Assembly (NCBI GenBank): GCA_030264375.1
Contig: JASCQW010000112.1
Coordinates: forward strand, 6,269,527 to 6,333,526
Reading direction: 5' to 3'
From: Carcharhinus longimanus
Taxonomy: Eukaryota
Length of the DNA: 64,000 nucleotides
Position numbers and translations under genes: made by a program. The notes beneath the pieces are model-generated. The model saw only the letters and a list, made by a program, of their open reading frames with translations, did not search any database and was not told the DNA's origin. Below, one piece after another: positions 12,241-23,210 of this stretch. How positions within the stretch are numbered: the first letter of the stretch is position 1; the number at the start of each line of letters is the position of its first letter.

Positions 12241-15200
12241 AACTCTGTATCTGTATACATTTTCTCTAAACCTCTCTTGCTTGCCTTCACATTTTTGTCG
12301 GACTTTTGTGTCAGCATTTGAAATGGATACTGTGTAAACTTGTCACACTGTAGTTATGCACATTTGCCATTGGCAATTGTTTTGAAAGCACTTCAGTTTT
12401 GCACCTTTGAACTCTTCAGTTCTGCAGAAGAACTGCTAAGTTTCAACAAGCTGTGCATCCCAAATTGCTGTATATTTTCTATTCAATTAAAAATTATATA
12501 ACAATCAACGTATTTTCAAAAAATGACATGATGGAATTTCAGATAGGAACTAACTTATTGCTGTATGACCTTGTCCTGCCTTCTAACCCTTCAGCTGAAA
12601 GCCATCAAATGCCTACCTCGCTCCCATGTGCACCAGCACGGGAAATGAACTGATGATAGAGCTAAATGCACTTATATTATTGCATGTGAAAAAAGCCAGC
12701 AGGTATGCTGGACTGTGGAGACTAAAATCTGCAAGCATTTAATCTAAGTTAGACAAAATCACTTTTTATAACTTGGTTCTCTTCTGGACTTCTTGAGTAA
12801 AACATGCGATCTTACTTTATGTTGACAGTTATCAAACACATTAAAATCCTCAACTAAACTCTGAGGTTAGGGGCATTGGCTTGACCCAAACAGGTGCCAG
12901 ATTGTGCTGATGAGGGGGGGGGGGGGGGGTTTACATAACTTCATACTGGTGATAATAAATTATAATAAATAAACTTTTAAAAAAGCATTGCTGTTTTATT
13001 TATTCTAATATTAACTACATCAATAGAGACAAAATGGCTTCATCTTACTGGGTGTTGGGGAAAAGCTGCACACACTTTCATTCTGAGCTAATTTGGTAAT
13101 TTTAAATTCAACACTTATTGCATGGGGAAATTGTCTTGCTGGGGTTTTGTTTTAAAACTCAAAATGACAAGTGTGCTGTGTGATTCAGCAGTGCCCTTGT
13201 ACAGCTGTCACAGACAACATGGACATCTTTCTGAAGGCCAGTTTTAAGTTTCAGTATATGAATGCTCAATGTGTTGTCTGCCTTTAAGAAAACACAATAG
13301 CAAATCTTTTTGCAGGTTGGATTTTTCTCTTTTTTATTTCGGGAAATGTGGTCCTTTTTAAATAAAGCTCAGTAAACTGAGCGAAGATAAAGTTAAACAT
13401 GAAAGGCTGGTCCCAGGTAGCATTTTGTTTTACATCTTAATGCCTTACTGTAGCCATCGACATTGATTTCTTAATGTGCTTGAGTTTGGAAAAGGCTTTG
13501 CACCCTAGCAATGCTGCTGCACTCCCCACAGATCACGTACAACAGTCCCGTAGGGCCGCCCCAAAGTCTTTAACTTCTGCGTGTACACAAGTAAGTCTCA
13601 TTGTCTGCAGTGAGACTGAGAGCAGATTATCTAATGCACTATTGGGACCTGTCCCTGTAGTTTACTTTTCCTACAGCGTCTGTTTTCAGGAGGCCATGGA
13701 GCGTCTCTCCATCTCCAGAGAGAAGTGAATAGGGAGCTGTACTTTCAGCTGCCGAGCTGATTCTATCCAAACATTATCTGGATAGCTGATTGTAAACAGT
13801 GCAGTGGTCTCTTAATGGGAGCCAGTATAATACAGTTGTGCCATCTGTGGCCTCCCAGAGGCTCTCTTGGCCTCTTTGTTGTCCGCCGTGTTTCTGATTA
13901 TTTCTGTATTAATTCAATTTTCATACAAAAGATTGAACATATTTTCACTCGTGTACACATTTTTAAAAAATCTGCTGAGGTTTAAAATGTCATCTGTTCT
14001 ATTTATACAGGAGCAGATTGTCATATGATTGGAGAAAACAATAATTAAAGTCCATTGACTACATTTTTATAAACTGTGAAAACAGAAGTGTGCTGCACTG
14101 GATATCAGTAATGGGAGCTGAAATATAATCTAATCCCTCCTATTGTATCCCTTCCCAAACATAAAGGAACTAAATTAATTAAGGGAATTAATTCCTTCTC
14201 ATGTTGGATGTGATTTTCAGTGTGCTAGGATCAGCAATGTATTTTGTGTGAAATTGATATCAACTATAAAAGACAGTAGAATGAGATACTGTTTTTAAAA
14301 TAAAAACCATTTTTGGAGGGGCCAATTCCAGGCGATGGTCAGTTTTACATTCTAACCACAGGTATATATTGTACATTTTATGTGACTTTAGGTCCTGTGC
14401 TGGTGAGGACCATAGTTTTCAATATTCTTACAACCTCATCCTCCTCCTCCTCTCTCTCTTTCTCTCCCTCCCCCCCCCAATTATTTTTTGGTCCGTACAG
14501 TGAAGGTTAGAGCAGCTGCTTGTGTCCTACTGTGTCTTTCAAGAACGGCAAGCTATATGCACAATAGCTGTAATTGGCTTGTAGTTGCTGTTTAGTTCCC
14601 TAACAATCATTCTGGTTGTGGTTGCTAGGGTGTGCAGGTATATCTGACAGGAACAACGTCAAGCTCCCTCAATGATTGTTAACCTCACTCTAGGTGTGTC
14701 CAGATTCATGGAATCAAACTACTGATTCTGGCTTTCCTTTAAAGAAGTCAGTGGGTCAACTAGCTTGTCAACAATAGAAGGTCCGGTGCATGACAGCTAG
14801 GAAATCTCTGTCATAAATAAGGTGGATTCAGCTCCTAACAGTCAGGCCTTTCTGTTTATGCAGATTTTTCCCTGGGGCTGATTGGTAGCCAGAAGGCTAA
14901 ATTTCTTTCATTCCAGAAATAGTGAAATAACACTTTGCTTAGTGACTACAAGCAAATGGGTTAATGTTTTTTTCTCCATGTTTGATCCTTTGCTGTTTGC
15001 GCTGTACTTTCCTAATGCATGAGAACATATTTTCCTTCATGGTCAGCAGAATGTGATTTTTGAGCCAGGAAAACATAGAATGCACAGGGATTAATTCAGA
15101 CCAGCGGCCTGCTAGGATGAGACAGCATGCATTAATGCTTGATGAGAGTTCACATTCCAACAATGACTGACGGTTAGCATACTCGGCCATTGCAGTGTTT

Positions 15201-15390
15201 TGTAATGGCAGATAAAACTCACTGAGGTCACACGAACAGCCAGACAGATGGCATCAAATGGCCAACTAGTAATGCATTCTCCATATCCATTCTCCTAATG
15301 TTAATAACCATGTAACTTTTAATCACTTTCAAATAAACCAGCATAAAAAAAAATTGAGTAGTTTTAACCTAGATGATGTGTAATTGATTC

Positions 15391-15417
15391 ATATATATAT
15401 ATATATATATATATATA
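15391..15417. repeat. (AT)n microsatellite
   Basis: Direct reading. Confidence 0.95.
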
Positions 15418-16292
15418 AGAATGTTTCAGGATTTATTAGGTCAATGTCCATTCCTTTCACTTTTTGGAAATAGAGTTTGAATCTGGAACAGATTAATAGG
15501 ATCCACGTCTATATGTAAAATGAGTTTGGACAAGCTCAGCTGCAGTCTGTGTTCAAAATCGGTCCACAGCATAAAGCTAGCAATTTAATGCACTTGGTTA
15601 TTTTCAAGTCATTTTACAATGAGAGCACTCATATTATTTTAAAATTTATTTTACTGCTGTGCATTGTTTAGGTTTCTGCCTCGAGAGAGCTGATTGTTCC
15701 TATAGCAACGAAAAACTTGTGCTTGCTGGGACTTGAAGTCTGAGATTCAGCATCAGAGATTAATTATGCCAGTCATGTCATTGAAATATTTCTCCTTACT
15801 TAAGTCATGGTTTGCAAGAATTTAGCTGCCAGTGACACAACTGCTGATTCCAAGCCCCTGACAATCTGACAGCACTGCAAAGGTCCCAAGGAGATTGGGT
15901 GATGTGGAATGGGAAGTTACTCATTTGGAGCATAAACATCCCGATAGAGGGGGCTGAATGGGCTTTCCTGTGGTCTAAATTTACTCGTGTATTCTAAATC
16001 CCAGTTCTTCTGCCTGAATGCATTAACATAATTCACACTATCTTTTAGAAACTTTTCTTGGGTACATCCTTCTCAAGTGATAATGAGGTAGATTGATCAC
16101 TTATAAATAGCACTGCAGAGTACTATGCAACCAATATCACTGTGGAAAGCTGCTTATGAAATATAATGTTCAGTAAAGATAAAAGGTGTTCACACTAGAT
16201 GGTCGGACTTGTGATTCTACCCTCGCCCAGTAGTCTGTTCCCACTCCGACAAGTCTCTACACNNNNNNNNNNACTTAACCAATGAACTGATA

Positions 16293-16590
16293 TCAACAAC
16301 TTTTATATATCACCTTTTAACGGAATGAAATGTCCCATGGCACTTCACAGGAACATTATAAAACAAGGTATGACACTGAGCCACACTGGAGATATCAAAT
16401 CAGGTATCCAAAAGCATGATCAAAGAGTCAGTAGTTTTTAAAAAGTGTCTTAAAAATGGAAATTAAGGTAGAAAGTGAAAAGGTGTAGGGAGGTATATCA
16501 GAGTTTGGGGCCTAGACACATGAGGACATGGCTATCAATGGTGGAGCAACTATGGTTTGAAATGCACAAGAGGCTAGAATTAGAGGACTA
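16293..16590 (-). mobile_element. L2-like LINE 3' end
   Basis: caacaactt..atata.cacc tail and gtgtcttaaa..gga....aggtaga...ggggcctag motifs. Confidence 0.65.
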
Positions 16591-16814
16591 GCATTAAGTG
16601 CCACTTTTTACTCGAGACGGGATAGGTGGCTAAAAATAAAAATGGGCAGGGTGGTGACATAGCTGCTGAAGAGATACTAAATTCATCAAGTGTGATATAT
16701 GCTAAATGTGAGAGAATTCAACCAGCCCACGTTATCTGGAAAGATTTTCCAACTTTTCATTTATTGCTTCTTGCACGAGCTACGTGCCCCATGCTTTAAA
16801 GAGAGTACAAGAAA

Positions 16815-16945
16815 GAGAAATAGTGCAGGTGCTGGAAACCTGAAATAGAAATGCAGCACTAGAATTGCGCAGCAGGTCTGGCAACGTGTGTTGAGAGGCA
16901 CTGCTAGATCGGCTGAGTATTTCCAGCATTTTCTGTTATGATTTG
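16815..16945. mobile_element. Short Penelope-derived fold-back element (degenerate)
   Basis: cagcaggtctggca ... tgctagatcggctgagtatttccagcattttctg inverted arrangement. Confidence 0.6.
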
Positions 16946-17748
16946 AGTAAAACAAAGAGCTTGCATTTGTATAGGTACCATCTTTCATGATCTCAGGACA
17001 TCCCAGAGCACTTTATAATCAGGTAGCAGTTTTTAAGGGCAGCCAGTATGATGGAGTAGCATGCTCTTGTCCCATATTAATTTTTAGTAATTATCCCAAG
17101 AGCAGAGATGGTTCCTTGCAGTGCAGAAGTGGTCTTATGGTTTTTTTGCTTCCCTCTTCAGAAGACCATAAATGCCAGTACACAAAGCCATTTGCTCCAT
17201 CTAGTGGCTTGTTAGTCAGTAAGCTTAACTGTTGGAAGAAAAATCATGGATTTTTGGCAACTGTCTGGTTTTGGATTTCAGGATATTACTGTTAGAATTC
17301 ACAGGTTATCTTGACCCTTTTTTAAAAATAGTGATGCTGTGGTAATTGCATATTGAACACGTGCGATATTTTATCAGGCAAGGATTTATTTAGAGAAATC
17401 TGTCCCATTTCCCCTCTCTGTTCTAAACCCTGCAGCATCTTGAACTGGTACATGCGATTGTGGATGAACAAAGTGAAGGTTACTGGATTAAAGGACAAAA
17501 ACTACTATTTAAATTGGGGTAATGGTGAGGCCCCAAACCCTGCCATTAGACCCATTGATTTCATTATCGATCTGCAGAAAGGAGCTGGTGAACTGAACCC
17601 AGGTAGAGGAGAGGGAGTGAGAAAACTGGGAGCGGAGGAAAGAAATGGTGGAGATAGGTATTATGAGGGGAGGATTGGCAAACACAAAACTTGTGTGCCA
17701 TGCAAAATTGATAACACATGGAGACGGCAGTTGATAGATGAGCGTCCT

Positions 17749-17804
17749 TTTCTCTCTCTCTCTCTCTCCACACACACACACACACACACACACACCCCCC
17801 CCCC
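17749..17804. repeat. Compound (CT)n(CA)n(C)n microsatellite
   Basis: Direct reading. Confidence 0.95.
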
Positions 17805-17809
17805 GTGCC

Positions 17810-18470
17810 AAAGTGTGTGATTTGCAATCTGGTCAATCCTAGCCTCAGTTCTTGGGTGGGAGCGTTTGTGAATGAACCTTGTCATTAGTTTAGTGCAGGA
17901 GTGGTCATTCATTTCAGCGAAGCAAAGGTTGTAATCTGAGTAAGTTGGCGTCTGTATGCCAGAGATGATTGTACACTTCATTTGTTCAGACCTAGCATGA
18001 TCAGCCATGCTGTCATCCAGCATCGCTGTGCCCTTGGCAGTTTCACTCCGGGGCAGCTGAGATGGTCTGTCAGGGCAGATGTTCCATTCAGCTCGTTCAC
18101 TGGTGGTCGGAAGCTTGTTTACTGTTGCTATGGCAGCCTCTGTTGTCACGGCGACACTGCTGCTTAATAGGTGACGTCGAATATAGTTATAAAAAGATAA
18201 TTTTTCCTCTTCCCTGAATGTACCATCTGTTTCAGATTATTCGTCAACTGACAGAGCAGTGCATGTAAAGTCTCGCATTGTCTCAACAAACAGACATGGA
18301 CGTGATTATTGCAGCTGAATGTAGAATTAACAGGTGCTGATGCAGAATTTGTTGTGCGGATTAAGTTCCTTTTTTGTTTCTGCAGTCTGAATGCTAACAT
18401 TATCACTGGCTCTTTGAAAGACTATTCCCATTGGCACTGACAGACAAATAATAAGAGCATGTGTGCACTT
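17810..18470. promoter_or_regulatory. Candidate intronic enhancer with tandem RFX X-boxes and a CRE-like site
   Basis: Repeat-free and CpG-retaining. GTTGCTATGGCAGC 18124-37, GTTGTCACGGCGAC 18142-55, TGACGTCG 18172-79. Confidence 0.45.
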
Positions 18471-18575
18471 ACTGGACCCTTGAGCAAAGCATTTGTGTGT
18501 TGGGGGAAGTGGGGGCAGCAGTGATGGTGGAGAGTGCATTCTGGTCCATCAGTTCAGATCAGAGCTATGAAGTGT

Positions 18576-19605
18576 ATCATAGAATATACAGCACAGAAGA
18601 GGCCCTTCAGCCCATCGAGTCTGCACCAACACGTTAGAAACACCTGACCTCCCACCTAATCTACCAGCACTTGGCCCATAGCCCTGAATGTTAGGATATG
18701 CCAAGTGCTCTCCCAAGCAGCACATTCCAGACCATCATCACCCTCTGGGCTAAAAAGTTTTCCTCACATTCCCCCCCTAAACTTCCTGCCCCTCACCTTG
18801 AATCTATGCTTCCTAGTGAGTGACCCTTCAACTAAGGGAAATAGCTGCACCTTATTCATTCTGTCCATGGGGAGATTTGATAGAGGTGTATAAGGTTTTG
18901 ATGGGTAAAGATAGAGTGAATGCAAGAAGGCTTTTTCCACTGAAGCTAGGGGAGAAAAAAAACAGAGGGCATGGGTTAAGGGTGAAAGGAGAAAAGTTTA
19001 AAGGGAATATTAGGGGGGGATTCGTCACACAGAGAGTGGTGGGAGTGTGAAATGAGCTGCCAGGTAAAGTGGTAAATGCAGGGTCACTTTTTAACATTTA
19101 AGAAAAACTTGGACCGGTTCATGGATGAGGGGGGTGTGGAGGGATCTGGTCCAAGTGCAGGTCAGTGGGACTAGGCAAAAAATGGTTCGGCACAGACAAG
19201 AAGGGCCAAAAGGCCTGCTCCTGAGCTGTAATTTTCTATGGTGTCCCCCATAATGTACTCTTCGATCAGGTCGCCCCTGCTACAATGAAACAACCAAACC
19301 TATCCAACCTTTCTTCATAATTTAAGTGTTCCATCCCAGGCAGCATCCTGGTAAATCTTCTTTGCACTCCCTCTAGTGCAATCATATCCTTCCGATAATG
19401 TGGCGACCAGAACTGCACATAGTACTCCAGCTGCGGCCTCACCAAAGTTCTAAAGAACTCCAACATGACCTCCCTGCTTTCGTAATTATGCCTCGATTGA
19501 TAAAGGCAAGTGTCCCATATGCCTTTTTCATCACCTTGCTAACATGCCCTTATGCTTTCAGAGATCTGTCAACAAACACACCAAGGTCCCTTTGTTCCAC
19601 AGAAC
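18576..19605 (-). mobile_element. CR1/HER1 LINE 3' end (interrupted)
   Basis: ORF RTLVRPQLEYYVQFWSPHYRKDMIALEGVQRRFTRMLPGM..L.YEERLDR plus catagaa tail at about 18576. Confidence 0.85.
18868..19240 (+). mobile_element. CR1/HER1 LINE 3' end nested in opposite orientation
   Basis: GDLIEVYKVLMGKDRVNARRLFPL...RGHGLRVKGEKFKGNIRGGFVTQRVVGV followed by a tail ending in ttctatg. Confidence 0.85.
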
Positions 19606-19779
19606 TTACGTATGGCACCACTAATTAATATTGCATAGGCTGAGTTATGCAAAATTGTGAAATAAAACATTTGGAATTAAGAACAGCAAAAGAAACAACA
19701 CTCTGTCTCAGAAAATGGAGTCCGTGCAGTGCTGATAGAAGTGTCATATCACACAATGTCATCCCATTAAATGTAAACA

Positions 19780-20380
19780 TCAGGAATAAGATTTTTGACC
19801 TGTGCAAGACATTCATTGGGCCACAGCTCGAGTATCAGGAGTGCAGGCTATGCTATATTTCCCCTTTGTGTGAGGGGGAACCAGCTGGGGTAAATGCATG
19901 GGACTATGGGAATAGGGGCCTGGGTGGGATTGTGGTCGATGCTGACTCGATGGGCTGAATGGCCTCCTATATTGTAGGATTCTATGAAAAGAGGTTTTAG
20001 ACCCCTCATTACGGGAAGGGTATTCGAGCCATATAAAGAAAAATCAGTTGGATAATACCAAGACAGTGGAATGCTTTCAAAACACTTCCCCCCAAAATGG
20101 AAGATAAGGGGTTTGAATTAAAGTGTTGGAAGATTTGAAATGGTTTTGTAAAGGTAAAATAATGAAGATAATTTCCATTACCGGTGAGCAAACTGGTAAC
20201 GAGAGAACATAGACTGAGGAGTTCTTTTAGATGAATGGAGAAGTTAGGAAACATTTTCACGAAGTGGGTCATTTGTTTATTGAATGCTTTAGCAGAGGTG
20301 GAAGAGTTTGGGTGAGGACATGGAAGTGGGATTAGAATAAGTAGCCCCAGACCCAAAGCAACAAATAGCAAAATGGTCTA
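19780..20380 (+). mobile_element. Decayed CR1 fragments with an inserted SINE/HER1 tail (about 19885-19987)
   Basis: LCKTFIGPQLEY motif and gggattgtggtcgatgctgactcgatgggctgaatggcctc...gattctatg tail. Confidence 0.55.
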
Positions 20381-20839
20381 AATTTGCATTTCCTCTAAGA
20401 TGGCGACATACCCTGTTGCTCTCGTTAAGTCTTCTCCTTGCGTCTTTAGAACCTCATCACGTGGTAACAATATATTCAATGCAGAGCTGAACTATTTGTT
20501 GAAGATCCCAGTTCAACAAGTGGCCTTTGCTGCTTGTAGATTTCAGTTTAGGCAGCCGAATTGAACTCCACTCTCATGGGCTTGGAAGAGAAAATTTAGT
20601 CATTGCTTCCACTTTTAATTTCCAAGCGGAAAATTCATGGGGTACAAATTTAAGTTGGCAGGGTAGTGCAGACAGGTGGTATTGCATCGATTTTCCCAGC
20701 ATACACTTGTGCTTGTTTGACTAATAGAGTGAATGTCAGCCGAGGAGTATAACGCAATATGGCTTGCTTTGATCTATTACCAGAGACAGAATGCAGCTTC
20801 CTTTTGTATGAATATCCAATGAGTAAAGGATTGAGAGAT

Positions 20840-21625
20840 CACATTGGACAAGGGGTCAGCCATTCAGCCCCTTGGGCCTGTGCTTCAATTCAATGAGATT
20901 ATGGTTGATCTGTGACCTAGCTCCCTTTTCCTGCCTGTGTCTGATGCCCCTTTAATACCTTTGGTTGACTTAAATCTTGATTGATTTATAATTAACAATT
21001 GATCTAGCATCAATTGATATCTGCAGAAAAGATTTCCAAACTTCCACCACTTCGTGTGTGGAAATTTCATGGCTTAATTCCTGAAAGACCTGACTCTAAT
21101 TTTTAGACCATGTTCCCTAGGCCTAGACTTGCCAATGGTTCTGTTCATCTGTCCTATCTGTTCCCTTTAATATTTTGGAAGTATCGATCAAGTCATTCTT
21201 TAGCTTCTAAATTCATGTAAATACAGCCCTGGCTGGTTTAATCGCTTATAATAAAACCCTTGGAGTCCAGGCATTATTCTGAGAAATTTATGCTGTACTC
21301 CCTCAAAGGTCAATGTATCCTTGAGCTCAGTTCAAAGAATAACCTGGTTCAAAGGTGACCTATCACAAGATATACTGATCCTGCATGAGTTAGTGTGTTA
21401 AAGAGAAAGTGTTGAAAGAAAATCAAAAGAAAATTATTGTGTGAAAAGATTGTTCTCATGTTACTTTTGTTTCTTTTATCAATTACTTTAAATCTGTGCC
21501 CCCTTATTCTTGATCCTTTCACAAGTGAGAACAATTTCTTCCTACCTAATCTGTCCAAACCCCTTATGATTTGGAATACCTCTATCAAATCTCCTCTCAG
21601 CTTTCTTTAGTCAAGAAAACATCCC
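20840..21625 (-). mobile_element. Two CR1 LINE 3' remnants
   Basis: MIEVFQIIRGLDRLGRKKLFSLVKGSRIRGHRFKVI ORF plus a CR1 tail at about 20850. Confidence 0.7.
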
Positions 21626-21764
21626 CTTGTATGGGAAGCATTTTGGACATCAAGGCCGCAAAAGCCACAATAACAAATGCAAGTTTTTTTGTGTATTAGT
21701 GGAATAAACTTTCACTTTAATTTCCTCTCCGCTATTAATTTTATGACATAGATCTGTATATAAA

Positions 21765-21862
21765 GAAATAAAAACAAAGCGATTGAAAGACTCGGCAGAT
21801 CTGGCAGCATTTGTGGAGAGCGAAACAATTCATGTTTCGAGTTTGTATGACTCTTCAGAGCT
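21765..21862 (-). mobile_element. Short Penelope-derived repeat with hammerhead-like remnant
   Basis: Minus strand reads AGCT-CTGAAGA-GTCATACAAACTC-GAAACATG followed by the family tail. Confidence 0.6.
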
Positions 21863-23141
21863 GCTTAAAGTTTAAGGCAGTGCTACTGAACACATGGCAA
21901 AATGCCAACGTGTTTTGTGTTTACTCTTTCTGGTAAATCGTTTCCCTACATGAGTATATGGTTTAATTGTAAACGGTGTTAAATGGATCATTCTTCAGCA
22001 AAACACTTCTACAATATGGTATCAATACTTGATCCAGAAGGATTTCAAACCACTACTCTCTGAATTTTTAATTTTCTCATGAGTTACTTTGATGTACTAA
22101 ATGCTGAAATTTATACCTGCAAGCTCACAGTTTCATCTATGTTGGTCATAATGGGAGGTGGAAGTAGAAGATGGGTGTTTAACCATTGGGAGGGTAAGCA
22201 AACATTGCTGAGCTTGTGGCTTCTGCTTATAAAGTAGCACACAAGGCGGCCATTCAGCCCATCTTGCATGTGCTAACTGTTTAAAAGATCCAATTAGTCT
22301 CACACCACTGCTCTTTTCCATAAACCTCCAAATTTCTACCTTTTCCAGTATTTATCAATCATTTTAATCCAAACTTTCATTTTAAAAATTTTATCTCGCT
22401 CTTTTTCTATCAATTACTTTAAATCTGGGAACTTTAGCCTTTGACCCTCCTGATCTTGGAAACCGCTCCTACTTACTTACTTGATCAAAACACTTTGAAC
22501 ACCATTATTCCCGTTTCTCCAGTGTCCATGCAAAACTGAAGTGATCTGGAACTTGAAATGTGATTAGATGAATTGCAAACACTGGTGAAAATCGCACGGT
22601 TGGAAACCCTCAAATAGCACGTTGAGGAATAGTGAGTGAGAGTCTTTGTCCAAGATTATTTAAATTTAAAGATGTTTAGCAACACTTGCAAAGGCATAGC
22701 AAGGGTTTCTTGTACAGAGAAATGAGTACAGGATGAGGATAGGGGAAATGTCTATTATCGGATCCGCGGTTTTCCCCAGAGCTGGAGAGATTTTAGTTTT
22801 GTCTGTCCTGACTGTGGTTCTACATGAACGCTACAACTAGTGCTTTGTTGCGTGTCAATAATCCTATTATTTCAGAAACTGGAAGGGAAGACAAATTTGG
22901 CTGCCTTGACAAAGCATTAGTCACACTACGATGCTTTGTGCACCTTCTGAATATTTAATGTGGATCACAGTGTTACATTTTGATCAGCAACACTGAACGG
23001 AAAAAGCTCTAGTCCTGCTCACCTGCTGTAACGTATGAAGATGGTCTTTCCTGAACACTTGTCAGCTCCCACTTCCACTGGCCAGCAACACTTTCTCACA
23101 TATTTGTCAAAAATAAATGTAGATTTTTTTTCTCATTTCAG

Positions 23142-23210
23142 ATTCTGATATTGATGCAGCCACTGCCATGATGCTGCTGAATTCTTCCCCTGAGGTGAAA
23201 GGAGCAGAAT
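23142..23210 (+). CDS. FOXN3: FOXN3 internal 69-nt coding exon (phase 1-1; (D)SDIDAATAMMLLNSSPEVKGAE)
   Basis: Acceptor tttttttctcatttcAG (23140-41) and donor GTGAGT (23211). The translation matches the human FOXN3 segment [22 protein letters not shown] as recalled. Confidence 0.9.

Noticed and set aside
17353-18167. Several 100-160 aa ORFs
   Set aside because: They run through microsatellites (THTH/CVCV) and non-coding sequence with no recognisable domain.
1-23141. Upstream FOXN3 exons (forkhead domain and the SGPPIWPGS..FKRNG exon)
   Set aside because: Looked for by eye and not found. They presumably lie upstream of the window.
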